A stretch of 64,000 nt of DNA from Escherichia coli (GCF_044324875.1 NZ_CP172185.1), one strand, 5' to 3'; shown: positions 1 through 12,624, counted from the first letter of the stretch. A program made the numbers and translations. Notes: generated by a model not told the origin, from the sequence alone.

Positions 1-711
1 CATGATCGGGAAGAAGCCGGACATGAACATCCCCGCGGTGCCGTCACCGGCATAGAAGCGGTTAATGTCGCCGTGGAAAACCGTACCCGCCGCGTTGGTG
101 AATTCACCAATCTGGAACCAGGCGATGGTGTTCAGTACCTGATGCAGACCGGTTGGGATCAGCAGACGGTTGATGAAACCAAAGATACCGGAACCCAGCG
201 CGCCCGCAGAAACGATCCACTCGCCGCCTGCATGGATAGCGTGCTGTACCGGCGGCCAGACGTAACCAAAAATGGCCGCCAGCACCAGGCAGAAGAAGCC
301 GGTGGCAATCGGCACAAAGCGTTTGCCGCCGAAGAAGCTCAGGAAGTCAGGCAGTTTAATATCGGACCAACGGTTATAGGCTGCGCCACCAACCAGACCG
401 GTAATGATACCCGCCAGTACACCCATGTTAATTTCTGGGTTGATGGTCACCATCGCTTTGGTTAACACAAAGTAACCTACCGCACCCGCCAGCGCCGCCG
501 CACCCGCGCTGTCTTTCGACCAGCTGGATGCCACACCGATGGCGAAGATTAATGCGAGGTTATCAAAAATCGCACCGCCCGCCTGGGCAATAAACGCAAC
601 GTTAAGTAAATCTGGCTGACCGAATCGCAGCAACAGCGCCGCCACCGGCAGCACCGCGATAGGGAGCTGTAACGCCCTACCGAGTCGCTGGAAAAAACCT
701 AAAATATTCAT
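1..711 (-). CDS. nagE: PTS N-acetylglucosamine transporter EIICBA, N-terminal 237 codons (gene continues beyond window start)
   Basis: Minus-strand frame open from base 1; ATG at 709-711 (reverse complement) preceded by GGGAATAAG; translation MNILGFFQRLGRALQLPIAVLPVAALLLRFGQPDLL... matches NagE; divergent from nagB. Confidence 0.9.
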   Translation of the reverse strand, partial: MNILGFFQRLGRALQLPIAVLPVAALLLRFGQPDLLNVAFIAQAGGAIFDNLALIFAIGVASSWSKDSAGAAALAGAVGYFVLTKAMVTINPEINMGVLAGIITGLVGGAAYNRWSDIKLPDFLSFFGGKRFVPIATGFFCLVLAAIFGYVWPPVQHAIHAGGEWIVSAGALGSGIFGFINRLLIPTGLHQVLNTIAWFQIGEFTNAAGTVFHGDINRFYAGDGTAGMFMSGFFPIM

Positions 712-834
712 CTTATTCCCCCTACGAGAACCCTATTTGGCTCGTTTAAAGCCGTATTTTTATTTTGCTGCAAATTGTACTGCCGATGTTCTGTAATCAG
801 ATTGTTAGATCATCTGCTACAGAGTGTGTGAAAA

Positions 835-857
835 TTTAATTCGTATCGCAAATTAAA
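835..857. promoter_or_regulatory. Putative NagC operator (palindrome TTTAATTCGTATCGCAAATTAAA) in nagE-nagB divergent control region
   Basis: Near-perfect AT-rich palindrome with TTTAATT/AATTAAA arms, as expected for NagC/Mlc-type operators; position between divergent nag genes. Confidence 0.4.
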
Positions 858-868
858 AGCGTGTCTTT

Positions 869-884
869 TGTGAGTTTTGTCACC
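869..884. promoter_or_regulatory. Putative CRP binding site TGTGAgttttgTCACC
   Basis: Matches TGTGA-N6-TCACA consensus at 9/10 half-site positions; located in nagE-nagB intergenic region. Confidence 0.5.
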
Positions 885-1043
885 AAATATCGTTATCATC
901 ACTCCCTTTTACTGGCTAAACCAGAAAACTTATTTTATCATTCAAAAAATCAGGTCGGATTGACGCCTGTCTGCGCAAATCCAGGTTACGCTTAAAGATG
1001 CCTAATCCGCCAACGGCTTACATTTTACTTATTGAGGTGAATA

Positions 1044-3052
<2,009 letters not shown>

Positions 3053-3060
3053 GAGAAAGT

Positions 3061-4281
3061 ATGACACCAGGCGGACAAGCTCAGATAGGTAATGTTGATC
3101 TCGTAAAACAGCTTAACAGCGCGGCGGTTTATCGCCTGATTGACCAGTATGGGCCAATCTCGCGGATTCAGATTGCCGAGCAAAGCCAGCTTGCCCCCGC
3201 CAGCGTAACCAAAATTACGCGTCAGCTTATCGAACGCGGGCTGATCAAAGAAGTTGATCAGCAGGCCTCCACCGGGGGCCGCCGCGCTATCTCTATCGTC
3301 ACCGAAACCCGCAATTTCCACGCAATCGGTGTACGGCTTGGTCGTCACGACGCCACCATTACTCTGTTCGATCTCAGTAGCAAAGTGCTGGCAGAAGAAC
3401 ATTACCCGCTGCCGGAACGTACCCAGCAGACGCTGGAACATGCCCTGCTGAATGCCATTGCTCAGTTTATTGATAGCTACCAGCGCAAGCTGCGCGAGCT
3501 GATTGCTATTTCCGTGATCCTGCCAGGGCTTGTTGACCCGGACAGCGGCAAAATTCATTACATGCCGCATATTCAGGTAGAAAACTGGGGGCTGGTAGAA
3601 GCACTGGAAGAGCGTTTTAAAGTGACCTGTTTTGTCGGCCACGATATCCGTAGTCTGGCGCTGGCAGAGCACTACTTCGGTGCAAGTCAGGATTGCGAAG
3701 ACTCCATTTTAGTGCGTGTCCATCGCGGGACCGGGGCAGGGATTATCTCTAACGGGCGCATTTTTATTGGCCGCAACGGTAACGTCGGTGAAATTGGCCA
3801 TATTCAGGTCGAACCGCTGGGTGAACGCTGCCACTGCGGCAACTTTGGCTGCCTGGAAACTATTGCTGCCAACGCTGCTATTGAACAACGGGTGTTGAAT
3901 CTGTTAAAGCAGGGCTACCAGAGCCGCGTGCCGCTGGACGACTGCACCATAAAAACTATCTGCAAAGCTGCGAACAAAGGCGATAGCCTGGCGTCGGAAG
4001 TGATTGAGTATGTGGGTCGTCATCTGGGCAAAACCATCGCCATTGCGATCAACTTATTTAATCCGCAAAAAATTGTTATTGCCGGTGAAATCACCGAAGC
4101 CGATAAAGTGCTGCTCCCTGCTATTGAAAGCTGCATTAATACCCAGGCGCTGAAGGCGTTTCGTACTAATCTGCCGGTGGTACGTTCTGAGCTGGATCAC
4201 CGCTCGGCAATCGGCGCTTTTGCGCTGGTAAAACGCGCCATGCTCAACGGTATTTTGCTCCAGCATTTGCTGGAAAATTAA
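3061..4281 (+). CDS. nagC: ROK-family transcriptional repressor of nag regulon
   Basis: 406-aa ORF with N-terminal HTH and ROK glucokinase-like domain (CHCGNFGCLE zinc motif); matches NagC. Confidence 0.97.
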   Translation: MTPGGQAQIGNVDLVKQLNSAAVYRLIDQYGPISRIQIAEQSQLAPASVTKITRQLIERGLIKEVDQQASTGGRRAISIVTETRNFHAIGVRLGRHDATITLFDLSSKVLAEEHYPLPERTQQTLEHALLNAIAQFIDSYQRKLRELIAISVILPGLVDPDSGKIHYMPHIQVENWGLVEALEERFKVTCFVGHDIRSLALAEHYFGASQDCEDSILVRVHRGTGAGIISNGRIFIGRNGNVGEIGHIQVEPLGERCHCGNFGCLETIAANAAIEQRVLNLLKQGYQSRVPLDDCTIKTICKAANKGDSLASEVIEYVGRHLGKTIAIAINLFNPQKIVIAGEITEADKVLLPAIESCINTQALKAFRTNLPVVRSELDHRSAIGAFALVKRAMLNGILLQHLLEN

Positions 4282-4328
4282 TGTGCTTTTATAGTGGCGC
4301 TTATTGTTGTCAATATTCTGGGTAGTCC

Positions 4329-5082
4329 ATGACCATTAAAAATGTAATTTGCGATATCGACGGCGTGCTGATGCACGATAACGTCGCCGTACCGGGTGCA
4401 GCGGAATTTTTGCACGGGATTATGGATAAAGGCCTGCCGCTGGTGTTGCTGACCAACTATCCTTCGCAGACCGGGCAAGATCTGGCGAACCGCTTTGCCA
4501 CTGCCGGTGTCGATGTACCTGACAGCGTGTTTTATACCTCTGCGATGGCGACCGCCGATTTCCTGCGTCGCCAGGAAGGCAAGAAAGCGTATGTGGTGGG
4601 CGAAGGCGCACTGATTCATGAACTGTACAAAGCCGGTTTCACTATTACCGATGTGAACCCTGATTTTGTGATTGTTGGCGAAACGCGTTCCTACAAACTG
4701 GGACATGATGCATAAAGCAGCCTATTTCGTCGCTAACGGTGCACGTTTTATCGCCACCAACCCGGACACCCACGGGCGCGGTTTTTATCCGGCGTGTGGT
4801 GCGCTGTGTGCGGGGATCGAAAAAATCTCCGGACGTAAACCGTTCTATGTTGGTAAGCCGAGTCCGTGGATCATCCGCGCAGCATTAAACAAAATGCAGG
4901 CGCATTCGGAAGAAACGGTGATTGTCGGCGATAACCTGCGTACCGATATTCTGGCGGGCTTCCAGGCCGGTCTGGAGACGATTCTGGTACTCTCCGGCGT
5001 TTCGTCGCTCGACGATATCGACAGTATGCCATTCCGCCCCAGCTGGATTTACCCATCGGTCGCCGAAATTGACGTTATCTGA
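4329..5082 (+). pseudogene. nagD: UMP phosphatase NagD/UmpH, interrupted by +1 frameshift (extra A in AAA run at 4696-4698)
   Basis: ORF track splits the gene into 4329..4715 and 4672..5082; total span 754 nt = 753+1; upstream frame reads ...VIVGETRSYKLGHDA* whereas intact NagD as I recall it reads ...VIVGETRSYNWDMMHKAAYF..., and the downstream frame continues NWDMMHKAAYFVANGARF... Confidence 0.85.
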
Positions 5083-5133
5083 ATACCACCCACGTCTGCG
5101 GACGTGGTTGGCTCTGATGACAAGCGCCAAACT

Positions 5134-6442
<1,309 letters not shown>

Positions 6443-6477
6443 GCAGCTCCTGCAATATATTGAATTTTCATGCTTTT

Positions 6478-6512
6478 GTAGGCCGGATAAGGCGTTCACG
6501 CCGCATCCGGCA
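6478..6512. repeat. REP palindromic element (second REP of a BIME-like pair)
   Basis: GTAGGCCGGATAAGGCGTTCACGCCGCATCCGGCA matches REP consensus. Confidence 0.6.
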
Positions 6513-6758
6513 TGAACAAATCGCACTTTGTCAGCAATTTGGCCCCCGTAAAATATAACCATTCAATAAAACCCGCTAAAAATTATCGATTCATCAATAA
6601 ATACATCCTTACACCAGACCTTTTTTCACCAATCGACAATCACCATTACGTTTTTTATTTTTTCACCGCCAAATCGCTTGCGCACAGTGCTGCTTTGCGG
6701 CATTTTTTTAAACAAGCAAACACAACAAGCAACAAATACCAGGTTAACGGAGAAGGTT

Positions 6759-8423
6759 ATGTGTTCAATTTTTGGCGTATTCGATATCAAAACAGACGCA
6801 GTTGAGCTGCGTAAGAAAGCACTCGAGCTGTCACGCCTGATGCGTCATCGTGGCCCGGACTGGTCCGGTATTTATGCCAGCGATAACGCCATTCTCGCCC
6901 ACGAACGTCTGTCCATTGTTGACGTTAACGCGGGGGCGCAACCTCTCTACAACCAACAAAAAACTCATGTGCTGGCAGTAAACGGTGAAATCTACAACCA
7001 CCAGGCATTGCGCGCTGAATATGGCGATCGTTACCAGTTCCAGACCGGGTCTGACTGTGAAGTGATCCTCGCGCTGTATCAGGAAAAAGGGCCGGAATTT
7101 CTCGACGACTTACAGGGCATGTTTGCCTTTGCCCTGTACGACAGCGAAAAAGATGCCTACCTGATTGGTCGCGACCATCTGGGGATCATCCCACTGTATA
7201 TGGGCTATGACGAACATGGTCAGCTGTATGTGGCCTCAGAAATGAAAGCCCTGGTGCCGGTATGCCGCACGATTAAAGAGTTCCCGGCGGGGAGCTATTT
7301 GTGGAGTCAGGACGGCGAAATCCGTTCTTATTATCATCGCGACTGGTTCGACTACGATGCGGTGAAAGATAACGTGACCGACAAAAACGAGCTGCGTCAG
7401 GCACTGGAAGATTCCGTTAAAAGCCATCTGATGTCTGATGTGCCTTACGGTGTGCTGCTATCTGGTGGCCTGGATTCCTCAATCATTTCCGCTATCACCA
7501 AGAAATACGCAGCCCGTCGCGTGGAAGATCAGGAACGCTCTGAAGCCTGGTGGCCGCAGCTGCACTCCTTTGCTGTAGGTCTGCCGGGTTCACCGGATCT
7601 GAAGGCAGCCCAGGAAGTGGCAAACCATCTGGGCACTGTGCATCATGAAATTCACTTCACTGTACAGGAAGGTCTGGACGCCATCCGCGACGTGATTTAC
7701 CACATCGAAACCTATGATGTGACCACTATTCGCGCTTCAACACCGATGTATTTAATGTCGCGTAAGATCAAGGCGATGGGCATTAAAATGGTGCTGTCCG
7801 GTGAAGGATCTGATGAAGTGTTTGGCGGTTATCTTTACTTCCACAAAGCGCCGAATGCCAAAGAACTGCATGAAGAGACGGTGCGTAAACTGCTGGCCCT
7901 GCATATGTATGACTGCGCCCGTGCCAACAAAGCGATGTCAGCCTGGGGCGTGGAAGCACGCGTTCCGTTCCTCGACAAAAAATTCCTCGACGTGGCGATG
8001 CGCATTAACCCACAGGATAAAATGTGCGGTAACGGCAAAATGGAAAAACACATCCTGCGTGAATGTTTTGAAGCGTATCTGCCTGCAAGCGTGGCCTGGC
8101 GGCAGAAAGAGCAGTTCTCCGATGGCGTCGGTTACAGTTGGATCGATACCCTGAAAGAAGTGGCGGCGCAGCAGGTTTCTGATCAACAGCTGGAAACTGC
8201 CCGCTTCCGCTTCCCGTACAACACACCGACCTCAAAAGAAGCGTATCTGTACCGGGAGATCTTTGAAGAACTCTTCCCGCTTCCGAGCGCCGCTGAGTGC
8301 GTGCCGGGCGGCCCGTCCGTCGCGTGTTCTTCCGCTAAAGCGATTGAGTGGGATGAGGCGTTCAAGAAAATGGACGATCCGTCTGGTCGTGCGGTTGGCG
8401 TTCACCAGTCGGCGTATAAGTAA
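6759..8423 (+). CDS. asnB: Asparagine synthetase B (glutamine-hydrolysing)
   Basis: ATG at 6759 after GGAGAAGG RBS; 554 aa MCSIFGVFDIKTDAVELRKKALELSRLMRHRGPDWSG...; the ORF-track start at 6678 is an in-frame upstream extension. Confidence 0.95.
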   Translation: MCSIFGVFDIKTDAVELRKKALELSRLMRHRGPDWSGIYASDNAILAHERLSIVDVNAGAQPLYNQQKTHVLAVNGEIYNHQALRAEYGDRYQFQTGSDCEVILALYQEKGPEFLDDLQGMFAFALYDSEKDAYLIGRDHLGIIPLYMGYDEHGQLYVASEMKALVPVCRTIKEFPAGSYLWSQDGEIRSYYHRDWFDYDAVKDNVTDKNELRQALEDSVKSHLMSDVPYGVLLSGGLDSSIISAITKKYAARRVEDQERSEAWWPQLHSFAVGLPGSPDLKAAQEVANHLGTVHHEIHFTVQEGLDAIRDVIYHIETYDVTTIRASTPMYLMSRKIKAMGIKMVLSGEGSDEVFGGYLYFHKAPNAKELHEETVRKLLALHMYDCARANKAMSAWGVEARVPFLDKKFLDVAMRINPQDKMCGNGKMEKHILRECFEAYLPASVAWRQKEQFSDGVGYSWIDTLKEVAAQQVSDQQLETARFRFPYNTPTSKEAYLYREIFEELFPLPSAAECVPGGPSVACSSAKAIEWDEAFKKMDDPSGRAVGVHQSAYK

Positions 8424-8435
8424 GAAATGCGGTAC

Positions 8436-8463
8436 TGCCCCGGAGAAATCCGGGGCTGTTTTA
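8436..8463. terminator. Bidirectional rho-independent terminator between asnB and convergent 145-aa ORF
   Basis: GCCCCGG-agaaat-CCGGGGC hairpin followed by TGTTTT. Confidence 0.6.
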
Positions 8464-8464
8464 G

Positions 8465-8902
8465 TTATTGAGCTGCTTGTTGATTCTGATATGCAGTAAG
8501 GAAATGTTCCGGGTTTGCCACATCACTGTTTGACAACTCATCACTGTAGGCCACCGACCAGGTCGCCTGCTCATCCGGAATATGCAGGCTGCCATTCCCC
8601 TCTTTCAGGCGTAATAACTCAAAAGATTTGCCCTTAATTACGGCGGTATAGGATTTTTCACCTTCCTGTAATGCTTTCACTTTACAGCGAAAAATATGGC
8701 CATCGATGTCATTATCAACATGCGATACCTGAATGAGGGCTTCATTAGAGGCTTTCGGCCCTATCCGCATCATCCACACCACAGCGCCTTCCTGCCCACG
8801 ATAGCCAAAAACATATTTACCGATTTCCGGTTTGACCGTATCGGCAAACGCAGATTGCATAAGTAATAACGCACCCATCAGCGCCGTCATAAAACGCAGC
8901 AT
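8465..8902 (-). CDS. Hypothetical secreted protein (145 aa, signal peptide, no family recognised)
   Basis: ORF with GAGGGA RBS 5 nt upstream of ATG; N-terminus MLRFMTALMGALLLMQSAFA-DTVK looks like a Sec signal peptide with AFA-D cleavage site; E. coli-like codon usage. Confidence 0.6.
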   Translation of the reverse strand: MLRFMTALMGALLLMQSAFADTVKPEIGKYVFGYRGQEGAVVWMMRIGPKASNEALIQVSHVDNDIDGHIFRCKVKALQEGEKSYTAVIKGKSFELLRLKEGNGSLHIPDEQATWSVAYSDELSNSDVANPEHFLTAYQNQQAAQ

Positions 8903-9165
8903 AGTATTCCCTCAATAAATCGCCTGAAGTGGTAGCAGAGATGCAGGCGTAGCGATCCCTGCCCTGTCCTGTTGCAACGGGCCAGTATTTCATAGATTAA
9001 TTTCCCACCACTATTGTTGAATTCCGAATTTCATCCTGTATGACAAAAGAATGGCTGTAGGGTGGGAAAAAAACACAAAGTAAACAATAATTGACGAATA
9101 TAGCGCCACGCTGTTCGCAACCTAACCAAACAGTCACTTTCGAGCAATTTTCCTTGAAAAAGAGG

Positions 9166-9200
9166 TTGACGCTGCAAGGCTCTATACGCATAATGCGCCC
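9166..9200 (+). promoter_or_regulatory. Sigma70 promoter of tRNA operon (TTGACG -35, 17-bp spacer, CATAAT -10, GC-rich discriminator)
   Basis: TTGACG at 9166-9171, CATAAT at 9189-9194, then GCGCCCCGC discriminator typical of stringently controlled stable-RNA promoters; about 40 bp upstream of first tRNA. Confidence 0.6.
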
Positions 9201-9235
9201 CGCAACGCCGATAAGGTATCGCGAAAAAAAAAGAT

Positions 9236-9312
9236 GGCTACGTAGCTCAGTTGGTTAGAGCACATCACTCATAATGATGGGGTCACAGGTTCGAATCCCG
9301 TCGTAGCCACCA
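9236..9312 (+). tRNA. metT: tRNA-Met (CAU, elongator)
   Basis: GGCTACGTAGCTCAGTTGGTTAGAGC...CTCATAA anticodon loop...GGTTCGAATCC...GCCACCA; cloverleaf with encoded CCA. Confidence 0.95.
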
Positions 9313-9321
9313 TCTTTTTTT

Positions 9322-9406
9322 GCGGGAGTGGCGAAATTGGTAGACGCACCAGATTTAGGTTCTGGCACCGCAAGGTGTGCGAGTTCAAGTCTCGCCTCCC
9401 GCACCA
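9322..9406 (+). tRNA. leuW: tRNA-Leu (UAG)
   Basis: GCGGGAGTGGCGAAATTGGTAGACGC...anticodon loop TTTAGGT...long variable arm...GCACCA. Confidence 0.93.
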
Positions 9407-9429
9407 TTCACCAGAAAGCGTTGTACGGA

Positions 9430-9504
9430 TGGGGTATCGCCAAGCGGTAAGGCACCGGTTTTTGATACCGGCATTCCCTGGTTCGAATCCAGGTACCCCA
9501 GCCA
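9430..9504 (+). tRNA. glnU: tRNA-Gln (UUG)
   Basis: TGGGGTATCGCCAAGCGGTAAGGCACCGGTTTTTGATACCGG...GGTTCGAATCC...CCCAGCCA; anticodon TTG. Confidence 0.93.
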
Positions 9505-9519
9505 TCGAAGAAACAATCT

Positions 9520-9596
9520 GGCTACGTAGCTCAGTTGGTTAGAGCACATCACTCATAATGATGGGGTCACAGGTTCGAATCCCGTCGTAGCCACCA
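9520..9596 (+). tRNA. metU: tRNA-Met (CAU, elongator), second copy
   Basis: Identical to 9236-9312. Confidence 0.95.
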
Positions 9597-9644
9597 AATT
9601 CTGAATGTGTCGAATGCGTTCGGCAAATTCACAAACCAATTTGT

Positions 9645-9719
9645 TGGGGTATCGCCAAGCGGTAAGGCACCGGATTCTGATTCCGGCATTCCGAGGTTCG
9701 AATCCTCGTACCCCAGCCA
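9645..9719 (+). tRNA. glnV: tRNA-Gln (CUG)
   Basis: TGGGGTATCGCCAAGCGGTAAGGCACCGGATTCTGATTCCGG...GGTTCGAATCC; anticodon CTG. Confidence 0.93.
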
Positions 9720-9723
9720 CATT

Positions 9724-9750
9724 AAAAAAGCTCGCTTCGGCGAGCTTTTT
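9724..9750 (+). terminator. Rho-independent terminator of tRNA operon
   Basis: AAAAAGCTCGC-ttcg-GCGAGCTTTTT hairpin with U tract. Confidence 0.8.
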
Positions 9751-9765
9751 GCTTTTCTGCGTATA

Positions 9766-9842
9766 TTCAATGTCGAATGCGATGTTGACTCGTCTTATCC
9801 TTCAAAGTCGGATGCGACGCTGACGCGTCTTATCCGACCTAC
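9766..9842. repeat. Two tandem degenerate REP-like units (BIME-like) between tRNA terminator and ubiF 3' end
   Basis: Unit A TGTCGAATGCGATGTTGACTCGTCTTATCC and unit B GTCGGATGCGACGCTGACGCGTCTTATCCGACCTAC share the REP core GATGCGACGCTG..CGTCTTATC. Confidence 0.5.
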
Positions 9843-9872
9843 GGTTGGCATGCATCCGGCAATGTTGTAAGG

Positions 9873-11048
9873 CTACAACCCTAACGCATATTTCAGCGCC
9901 TGACGTTTCAACATGCCAGCACGCTCCGCCGCCATCAAACCAAGATTACGCACAAAACGCAGTGGTGGCAGATTATTGCTGAATCCGGCATAAAACAGAT
10001 CCATACCGCTCTGCATAATGAAGTTATCCGCCATGCGCCGCATCTGGTAACGCTTGAGGATCGGATAACTGGCCCACGCTTCGCCATGGCTGCGAGCGTT
10101 GACCAGAACGTCAATCAGGGCATCGACATCACGATAACCAAGATTCACCCCCTGCCCCGCCAGCGGATGGATGGTATGCGCGGCATCGCCCACCAGTGCC
10201 AGTCCCGGCTGCACATACTGCAACGCATGGCGGCGCGTCAGCGGAAAAGCGCCAGCGGCAAGCGGTGTTACATACCCAAGACGTGACGGGAAATGCTTCG
10301 CGATTTCCGCCTGTAGCTGCGCCATATTCATATTCTGCAACTGGCGAATGCGTGCCGGAGAGTCATACCACACCAGCGATGCCCAGTTATCAAACAACGG
10401 CAGAAACGCACGAGGTCCATCCGGGGTAAATTGCTGCCAGGTGCTGTCGCCGGGATCGTTCTCACACTGTACGCTAATCAACATACACGACTGTGCATAC
10501 TGCCAGGCATGAACGCCAATTCCCGCCATCTGCCGCACCTGCGAATTTGCGCCGTCGGCACCAATCACCAGCTTCGCGCGGATCGTTTCACCGCCCTTCA
10601 GTTCCAGCTCCTGAAGATCATTATGGCGATGCAGCGCAATCAGCGAGCCTGGCACACGTAACGTTACTTTCGGATGCGCTTCCAGCGCCTGCCACAGCGC
10701 CTGTTGCAGGACAGTGTTTTCCACCATGTAGCCAAGCAGCGGTAGCTTAAGTTCAGCGGCGTCAAACACCACATGCGCCGTTTCCCACTCCCACGTTTCC
10801 AGTCTGCGGTAAGGATGGCAACGCATAGCCTGTACCGCGTCCCAGACGCCTAAACCTTTAAGCAATGATACCGAAGCCGCACTGATCGCCGAGATCCGCA
10901 CGTCCGGCTGGCTGTCAGCGACAAACGGTGCAGGTTGGGCATGTTCGATAACCATTACCGAAAATCCGTGCTGAGCCAGTCCCAGCGCCAGTGCGCCGCC
11001 GACCATTCCTCCGCCGACAATGGCAATTTCCGTTGGTTGATTTGTCAT
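9873..11048 (-). CDS. ubiF: Ubiquinone biosynthesis FAD-dependent monooxygenase (3-demethoxyubiquinol 3-hydroxylase)
   Basis: 391 aa MTNQPTEIAIVGGGMVGGALALGLAQHGF... with GxGxxG FAD motif; ORF-track start MTMTNQ at 11054 is 2 codons longer. Confidence 0.93.
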   Translation of the reverse strand: MTNQPTEIAIVGGGMVGGALALGLAQHGFSVMVIEHAQPAPFVADSQPDVRISAISAASVSLLKGLGVWDAVQAMRCHPYRRLETWEWETAHVVFDAAELKLPLLGYMVENTVLQQALWQALEAHPKVTLRVPGSLIALHRHNDLQELELKGGETIRAKLVIGADGANSQVRQMAGIGVHAWQYAQSCMLISVQCENDPGDSTWQQFTPDGPRAFLPLFDNWASLVWYDSPARIRQLQNMNMAQLQAEIAKHFPSRLGYVTPLAAGAFPLTRRHALQYVQPGLALVGDAAHTIHPLAGQGVNLGYRDVDALIDVLVNARSHGEAWASYPILKRYQMRRMADNFIMQSGMDLFYAGFSNNLPPLRFVRNLGLMAAERAGMLKRQALKYALGL

Positions 11049-11193
11049 GGTCAATCATCCTGTTAGCAATATGCTTTAAGTTTACAGGATTTTTACCCCC
11101 AAGGGCTGATAACGCTCATACTGGTCACAACGGCAGCAAAGCATTACACTATGCGCCCTGCATTCCTGGCTACTATTTCGCAAGAGCAAGTCG

Positions 11194-12618
11194 ATGACCA
11201 AAAAACTCCATATTAAAACCTGGGGCTGTCAGATGAACGAGTACGATTCATCGAAGATGGCCGATCTGCTGGATGCCACCCACGGCTATCAACTGACCGA
11301 CGTGGCGGAAGAAGCGGATGTGCTGCTGCTGAACACCTGCTCAATCCGCGAGAAGGCTCAGGAAAAAGTCTTCCATCAGTTGGGTCGCTGGAAACTGTTA
11401 AAAGAGAAGAATCCAGACCTGATTATCGGCGTCGGCGGCTGCGTGGCATCGCAAGAAGGCGAGCACATTCGCCAGCGCGCCCACTATGTCGATATTATTT
11501 TTGGGCCGCAAACGCTGCACCGCCTGCCGGAGATGATCAACTCCGTGCGCGGCGACCGCAGCCCGGTTGTAGATATCAGCTTCCCGGAAATCGAGAAGTT
11601 TGACCGTCTGCCGGAACCGCGTGCCGAAGGGCCGACCGCGTTTGTCTCCATCATGGAAGGCTGCAATAAATATTGCACCTACTGCGTAGTGCCTTACACC
11701 CGTGGTGAAGAGGTAAGCCGTCCGTCCGACGATATTCTGTTTGAGATTGCCCAACTTGCTGCTCAGGGCGTGCGTGAAGTTAACCTGCTCGGCCAGAACG
11801 TGAACGCCTGGCGCGGTGAGAACTACGACGGCACCACCGGATCGTTTGCCGATCTACTGCGTCTGGTTGCTGCGATCGACGGGATCGATCGTATTCGCTT
11901 TACCACCAGCCATCCGATCGAATTCACCGACGATATCATCGAAGTGTACCGCGACACGCCGGAGCTGGTGAGCTTCCTGCATCTGCCGGTACAGAGCGGT
12001 TCCGATCGCATTCTGAACCTGATGGGACGTACCCATACAGCGCTGGAGTACAAAGCGATCATCCGTAAACTGCGTGCGGCGCGTCCGGATATTCAGATCA
12101 GTTCTGACTTCATCGTTGGCTTCCCTGGTGAAACCACCGAAGACTTCGAGAAAACGATGAAGCTGATTGCCGACGTCAATTTCGACATGAGCTACAGCTT
12201 TATCTTCTCTGCACGTCCGGGTACGCCAGCCGCCGATATGGTTGATGATGTTCCGGAAGAAGAGAAGAAGCAGCGTCTGTATATTCTACAAGAACGTATT
12301 AATCAGCAAGCGATGGCATGGAGCCGCCGGATGCTCGGCACCACCCAGCGTATTCTGGTAGAAGGTACATCGCGTAAGAGCATCATGGAGCTTTCCGGTC
12401 GCACTGAAAATAACCGCGTGGTCAACTTCGAGGGCACACCGGATATGATCGGTAAATTCGTCGATGTAGAAATTACCGACGTCTACCCGAACTCTCTGCG
12501 CGGTAAAGTGGTGCGAACTGAAGATGAAATGGGTCTGCGCGTGGCAGAAACACCGGAATCGGTGATTGCCCGTACCCGCAAAGAAAACGACCTTGGCGTG
12601 GGTTATTATCAGCCGTAA
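11194..12618 (+). CDS. miaB: tRNA-i6A37 methylthiotransferase (radical SAM)
   Basis: 474 aa [26 protein letters not shown]...; CNKYCTYC radical-SAM cysteine motif. Confidence 0.96.
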
Positions 12619-12624
12619 TTCTCA

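Noticed and set aside
6678-6758. Upstream in-frame extension of asnB (ORF track start at 6678)
   Set aside because: The RBS and conserved N-terminus MCSIFGVF place the start at 6759; the extension is just an AT-rich leader without a stop codon.
9269-9870. Small ORFs overlapping the tRNA genes (both strands)
   Set aside because: These overlap clear tRNA cloverleaf sequences and REP repeats; ORF-finder artefacts.
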